64,000 nucleotides of DNA from assembly GCA_016712715.1 (NCBI GenBank), contig JADJQM010000001.1, positions 1,811,094 to 1,875,093 of the forward strand, written 5' to 3'. This DNA is from Rhodospirillaceae bacterium. GTDB taxonomy: Bacteria; Pseudomonadota; Alphaproteobacteria; Dongiales; Dongiaceae. Positions 60,456 through 64,000 of this stretch are shown here, piece after piece. A model generated the notes under the pieces. It made no database searches and was not told the origin of the DNA. It saw nothing but the letters and a program-made list of their open reading frames with translations. Position numbers and translations under genes: made by a program. Every line of letters starts with the position of its first letter. Position 1 is the first letter of the stretch.

Positions 60456-60599
60456 TCCGGGCACCGATCCGTCCGAGTCCGCCCTCCCTGCCCGCTAAAT
60501 ACTTATGCTGCCTTGGCAAAGCGCAGGTTGTAGGGACAAATTCGGATCGGTTATAGTCCAGTCCAAATTGCATCCCTTCTTTGAGACTGGCAGGCGGAT

Positions 60600-61898
60600 A
60601 TGAGCAAGCAGGCGAAATCGGTAAGCGGCGGCAAGACCATCTCCTCGGGACTGAAAATGCTGCTGCTGGCGGGTGCCGCCACGGCCGGTTCCCTGCTCCT
60701 GGCAGGCAGTGCCACGGCCCAGCAGGCCTATTACTTCCCGCAAGCAAGCTCTGCCCCGGTCAGTGTCAATTACGGCGCCCTCAGCCCCTACGGCGCCCCG
60801 GGTGTCGCCCCGGGCGTACCGACCGGCTTCCAGCCCTATGGCTATGCGGCACCCTATAGCGCCCCCGCCCGCATCACCTCGCAGCCGAAATCAGTCTTCA
60901 CCCCGGCCTATGCCCCGGCTTACGGCCGGCCGGTCTATGGCTATGCCCCGGCCTATCCGGCGGCGCCGGCCAACGTGCCCTTCGTGGCGCCCTATGCCAA
61001 TCCGGCCTTTGCACCGGGCTTTGCCGCCAACCGTGCGGGCCTGCCCATCAGCACGCCCACCGCGGCCAGCCCGCAAAGCTATCTCAATGTCCCGGGCGCG
61101 CAGCCTTTCGCCCTGACCCCACCAAAGGACGCGGCGCCGGCCAAGAAGAAGAAAAAGAAGAAGGCCTCGGCACCGAAGCCGGCCTCGACCCCGACCGCCA
61201 TCGAAGAAGGCGCCGCAGCCCAGGTGGCCGCCGCCGAAGCGGCCCTCGAATCGAGCCCGGCGCCGGCCGTTCCGGTGGTGCCGGCAGCCCCCGCGGCTGA
61301 ACCCGCGCCGGCGGAAGCCGCCGTGGCGCCCGAACCGGTGCCGGCACCGACACCGCCCGCCGAACCTGCCGAGGTCCCGGCCAGCGTGCCGTCTCCCGCC
61401 GCCAGCGCCCCGGCCGCTGCCATTGCGCCCGCCGTCGAAGCGCCCGCTGCGGAATCACCTGCTGCCGAAACAGCCGAAGCCCCAGCCGCCGAAGCGCCTG
61501 CTGCCGAAGCCTCGGCCGAACAGGTCGCCAGCGCCGAAGCGCCGGCAGAGACCCTGCCCGACACCAGCGGCTCGGCCGTCCTGCCCGCCGGCGGCACCCG
61601 CATCGTCTTTGAAGGCGACAGCGATGACCTGCCGCAGGGTGCGAGCGGCGAGCTCGACGCCATTGCCACCAAGATGATGGCCGACGAGACCATCAAGATC
61701 CAGGTTCTGGCCTATAGCAGCGGCACCGCCGATGCCGAGAGCCAGGCCCGCCGCAAGGCGCTGGCCCGTGGTCTTGAAGTCCGCAAATATCTGATCGGCA
61801 AGGGTGTCCGCTCCAACCGCATCGACGTCCGCGCGCTCGGCACCAAGTCGGAAGGCAGCCCGGCCGACCGCGTCGACATCGTGCCCTCGGCCGGCTGA
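60600..61898 (+). CDS. OmpA-domain peptidoglycan-binding protein with long Pro/Ala-rich region
   Basis: ORF 60600..61898. Signal peptide ...LLLAGSATAQQ, Pro/Ala/Tyr-rich low complexity, a K7 run (61143-61163), and a C-terminal OmpA_C-like domain ...ARRKALARGLEVRKYLIGKGVRSNRIDVRALG. Confidence 0.75.
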   Translation: MSKQAKSVSGGKTISSGLKMLLLAGAATAGSLLLAGSATAQQAYYFPQASSAPVSVNYGALSPYGAPGVAPGVPTGFQPYGYAAPYSAPARITSQPKSVFTPAYAPAYGRPVYGYAPAYPAAPANVPFVAPYANPAFAPGFAANRAGLPISTPTAASPQSYLNVPGAQPFALTPPKDAAPAKKKKKKKASAPKPASTPTAIEEGAAAQVAAAEAALESSPAPAVPVVPAAPAAEPAPAEAAVAPEPVPAPTPPAEPAEVPASVPSPAASAPAAAIAPAVEAPAAESPAAETAEAPAAEAPAAEASAEQVASAEAPAETLPDTSGSAVLPAGGTRIVFEGDSDDLPQGASGELDAIATKMMADETIKIQVLAYSSGTADAESQARRKALARGLEVRKYLIGKGVRSNRIDVRALGTKSEGSPADRVDIVPSAG

Positions 61899-61963
61899 GG
61901 CGGCGTGGCGCTCTCCGCCGGTACTGGCCCTGACCTCGCCGTGACCATGCAAAGGGTGCCTGA

Positions 61964-63070
61964 ATGAGCCGCCCGATCTGGCAATTGCTGTGGATGCTGG
62001 TGGCGCTGCTGGCCTCCATCGCCGTCACCGTGCTGCTGTGGGACCCGATCTCGGTCGCCTTCGGGCACAACCCGGTGCTCAACACCGGCATCCTCGTGGT
62101 GCTGCTGGCTGGCATCCTCTTCACCATCTGGCAGGTGCTGCGCCTCTACAGCGATATCGCCTGGATCGAGGATTACCGCACCGGCGGCTTTTCGCAGAGC
62201 TATACCCAGCCGCGCCTCCTCGCCCCCATGGCGGCGATGCTGAAGGACAAGACCGGCCGGCTTCACCTCAACACCAGTTCCTTGCGCTCGCTCCTCGACG
62301 GCATCCAGTCGCGCCTCGATGACAGCCGCGAGATCAGCCGCTATGTGACCTCTCTGCTGATCTTCTTAGGCCTCCTCGGCACCTTCTGGGGCCTGCTCGG
62401 CACCGTGAAGGGTGTTTCCGACGCCATCACCAATCTTCAGGTCAGCGGCGGGCAGGATGCCGCGGTGATGTTCGACACGTTGAAGCAGAGCCTCGCCAAG
62501 CCCCTGGGTGGCATGGGCATCGCCTTCTCCTCCTCGCTGTTCGGCCTCGCCGGATCGCTCATCATCGGCTTTCTCGAATTGATGGCGAGCCAGGCGCAGA
62601 ACCGCTTCTTCAACGAGCTTGAGGATTGGCTCTCCGGCCAGACCCGCCTGACCTCCGGCGGCACCGGCGCCTTTGCCGAAGCCGGCGACCAGCCGATCCC
62701 GGCCTATATCCAGGCGCTGCTCGAGCAGACCGCCGAAAGCCTCAACGAATTGCAGCGCGTCATGCAGCGCGGCGAGGAAGGGCGTGGTGCCTCCGGCCAA
62801 GGCTTCAAGCAGATGTCGGACCAGTTGGCCGTGCTCAACGACCAGCTCAGGAACCAGCAGCAGGTCACGGCGCGCCTTGCCGAATTGGCGGCCTCCGGCG
62901 GCTTCGGCATCGACGCCAACAGCCGCAACCATCTGCGCAACCTCGATGCGCATCTCACCCGCCTCTCCGAGGAACTGGCCCAGGGCCGCAACCAATCGGT
63001 CCAGGACATCCGGGGCGAAATCAAATTGCTCGCCCGCACCATCGCCGCCGCCGCCAGCAACGAGCGCTAA
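61964..63070 (+). CDS. MotA/TolQ/ExbB-family proton-channel protein with C-terminal coiled-coil tail
   Basis: ORF 61964..63070. 2+2 TM topology, TM3 signature LLIFLGLLGTFWGLLGTVKG, TM4 GMGIAFSSSLFGLAGSLIIGFLE, then about 130 aa of helical tail. Confidence 0.75.
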   Translation: MSRPIWQLLWMLVALLASIAVTVLLWDPISVAFGHNPVLNTGILVVLLAGILFTIWQVLRLYSDIAWIEDYRTGGFSQSYTQPRLLAPMAAMLKDKTGRLHLNTSSLRSLLDGIQSRLDDSREISRYVTSLLIFLGLLGTFWGLLGTVKGVSDAITNLQVSGGQDAAVMFDTLKQSLAKPLGGMGIAFSSSLFGLAGSLIIGFLELMASQAQNRFFNELEDWLSGQTRLTSGGTGAFAEAGDQPIPAYIQALLEQTAESLNELQRVMQRGEEGRGASGQGFKQMSDQLAVLNDQLRNQQQVTARLAELAASGGFGIDANSRNHLRNLDAHLTRLSEELAQGRNQSVQDIRGEIKLLARTIAAAASNER

Positions 63071-63084
63071 CATGGCTTTGGCTC

Positions 63085-63220
63085 TGCCACCCGCTCCCTG
63101 CACTCCCTCGCCCCGCTTGCGGTGAGGGGGCGGGGTGAGGGGCGTTAGCGACCGATGAACGCCCGCCTCTGGAATCTCCCACCCTCATCCCGACCTTCTC
63201 CCGCCCAGGCGGGAGAAGGA
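63085..63220. repeat. REP-like GC-rich palindromic intergenic element
   Basis: CCCTCGCCCCGC...GCGGGGTGAGGG imperfect inverted repeat (63105-63141). A perfect 11-bp hairpin CTTCTCCCGCC-ca-GGCGGGAGAAG (63195-63218) abuts the RBS of the next gene. Confidence 0.55.
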
Positions 63221-63240
63221 GTACTGGTTGAGGCTAAATC

Positions 63241-64000
63241 ATGAGCCGCCGTCGCGCTCGTCCGATGGAAGCCTGGCCGGGCTATGTCGATGTGCTCTCG
63301 ACCCTGCTCATGGTCATCGTCTTCGTGCTCATGGTCTTCGTCGTGGCGCAGATGTTCCTCAGCCTCGCTTTGTCCGGTCGTGACGATGCGCTCGCCAAAT
63401 TGAACGCCCAGATCAGCGAGATCGCCAGCATGCTGGCGATGGAGAAGAAGACCGCCGAGGATCTGAAGGCCCAGCTCTCCCAGCTTTCCGGGGAGCTCGC
63501 CAGTTCCACCGCCGAGCGCGACGAGATGAAGAACCAGCTCAATGTCGTGATCGGCGAGCGCGATGCCGCCAACCGCCAGGCCGCCATGAATGCCGACCAG
63601 GCGAAGAAGCTGGCCGAGGCCTATCAGACCATCGATGCCGACCGCGAACGCATCACCGCCCTCCTCTCCGACATAGCGGCCCTTGAGAGCCTCAAGGACG
63701 AGATGCAGCAGAAGATTTTAGGCAGCGACGCCGAAAAGCAGAAGATCACCGACGAAGCCAAATTCCAGGTCGAGCTCCTCAACAAGCAGATGCTGGCACT
63801 CCGCGAGGAGCTCTCGCGCATCACCGCGGCCCTCGACGCCTCCGAGCAGAAGGCCAAGGACCAGGAGGTCCAGATCGTCGACCTCGGCAACCGCTTGAAC
63901 GCGGCGCTGGCCTCCAAGGTCGAAGAGCTGGCGCGCTACCGCTCCGAATTCTTCGGGCGCCTCCGCGAAGTGCTGGGCGACCGCCAGGACATCCGCATCG
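63241..64000 (+). CDS. MotB/TolR/ExbD-like membrane protein with long coiled coil (partial, continues past window end)
   Basis: Not in the ORF track because there is no stop inside the window. My translation from ATG 63241 reads MSRRRARPMEAWPGYVDVLSTLLMVIVFVLMVFVVAQMF..., followed by more than 200 aa of heptad-rich sequence (LNAQISEIASMLAMEKKTAEDLKAQLSQLSGEL...). RBS GGAGAAGGAG lies upstream. Confidence 0.7.
   Translation, partial: MSRRRARPMEAWPGYVDVLSTLLMVIVFVLMVFVVAQMFLSLALSGRDDALAKLNAQISEIASMLAMEKKTAEDLKAQLSQLSGELASSTAERDEMKNQLNVVIGERDAANRQAAMNADQAKKLAEAYQTIDADRERITALLSDIAALESLKDEMQQKILGSDAEKQKITDEAKFQVELLNKQMLALREELSRITAALDASEQKAKDQEVQIVDLGNRLNAALASKVEELARYRSEFFGRLREVLGDRQDIRI

Noticed and set aside
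60600-64000. Assignment of the MotA-like/MotB-like pair to the Zorya anti-phage system.
   Set aside because: No ZorC/ZorD-like genes are in the window. The MotA-like protein is 368 aa with only a short tail, whereas as I recall ZorA is much longer with a long tail, and the long coiled coil here is on the MotB-like partner instead. The architecture differs, so I report it as uncharacterised rather than Zorya.
1-64000. CRISPR arrays, IS elements or transposases, toxin-antitoxin pairs, prophage genes and rRNA.
   Set aside because: Reading the ORF track and the intergenic regions on both strands, I found no regularly spaced direct repeats, no transposase, integrase or phage-like products, and no small paired ORFs of TA type.

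Overview
Visibly GC-rich chromosomal segment with G/C-dominated third codon positions. No transposase, integrase, CRISPR array or rRNA is present. Alphaproteobacterial hallmarks: a perfect EcfG-type GGAAC-N16-CGTT promoter, gatCAB, an aminotransferase-ftsK-lolA block, and a translationally coupled zwf-pgl-edd-glk-eda operon. About 58 genes are tightly packed, many with ATGA/TGATG overlaps. Left to right: putA (partial), a haloacetate-dehalogenase-like hydrolase, two paralogous small lipoproteins, a signal-peptide creatininase coupled to a membrane fatty-acid hydroxylase, an orphan protein, gatCAB, lrp-lysE, a multi-PAS histidine kinase converging on an FtsH paralog, glmS-glmU, gph, a DUF3108-like gene and tRNA-Val(CAC). 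Next comes a respiratory nitrate reductase locus (narK1-narK2-narGHJI-ppiC) with a divergent Crp/Fnr (NarR-like) regulator, three FNR-type boxes and a mobB-hemerythrin operon. This is followed by a general-stress cluster (csbD-dps-DUF883), the Entner-Doudoroff operon, lolA-ftsK, kdgK, acyltransferase/oxidoreductase genes, a Cache-MCP, an orphan secreted protein, mobA, recA, lemA-M48 peptidase, efp and suhB. The window ends with an OmpA-like / MotA-like / MotB-like coiled-coil triad running off the right edge. Main oddities: (1) two local clusters of single-nucleotide frame breaks (about 2.6-3.0 kb and 19.9-24.2 kb, the latter hitting gph, the DUF3108-like gene, ppiC, narI twice and narH), plus a structural truncation of narK1 at an AT-rich palindrome; this is either poor consensus or a decaying nar locus. 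(2) A non-flagellar, non-Tol, non-TonB stator-like gene triad of unknown function. (3) Several orphan secreted or low-complexity proteins and unusually long, lower-GC intergenic regions.
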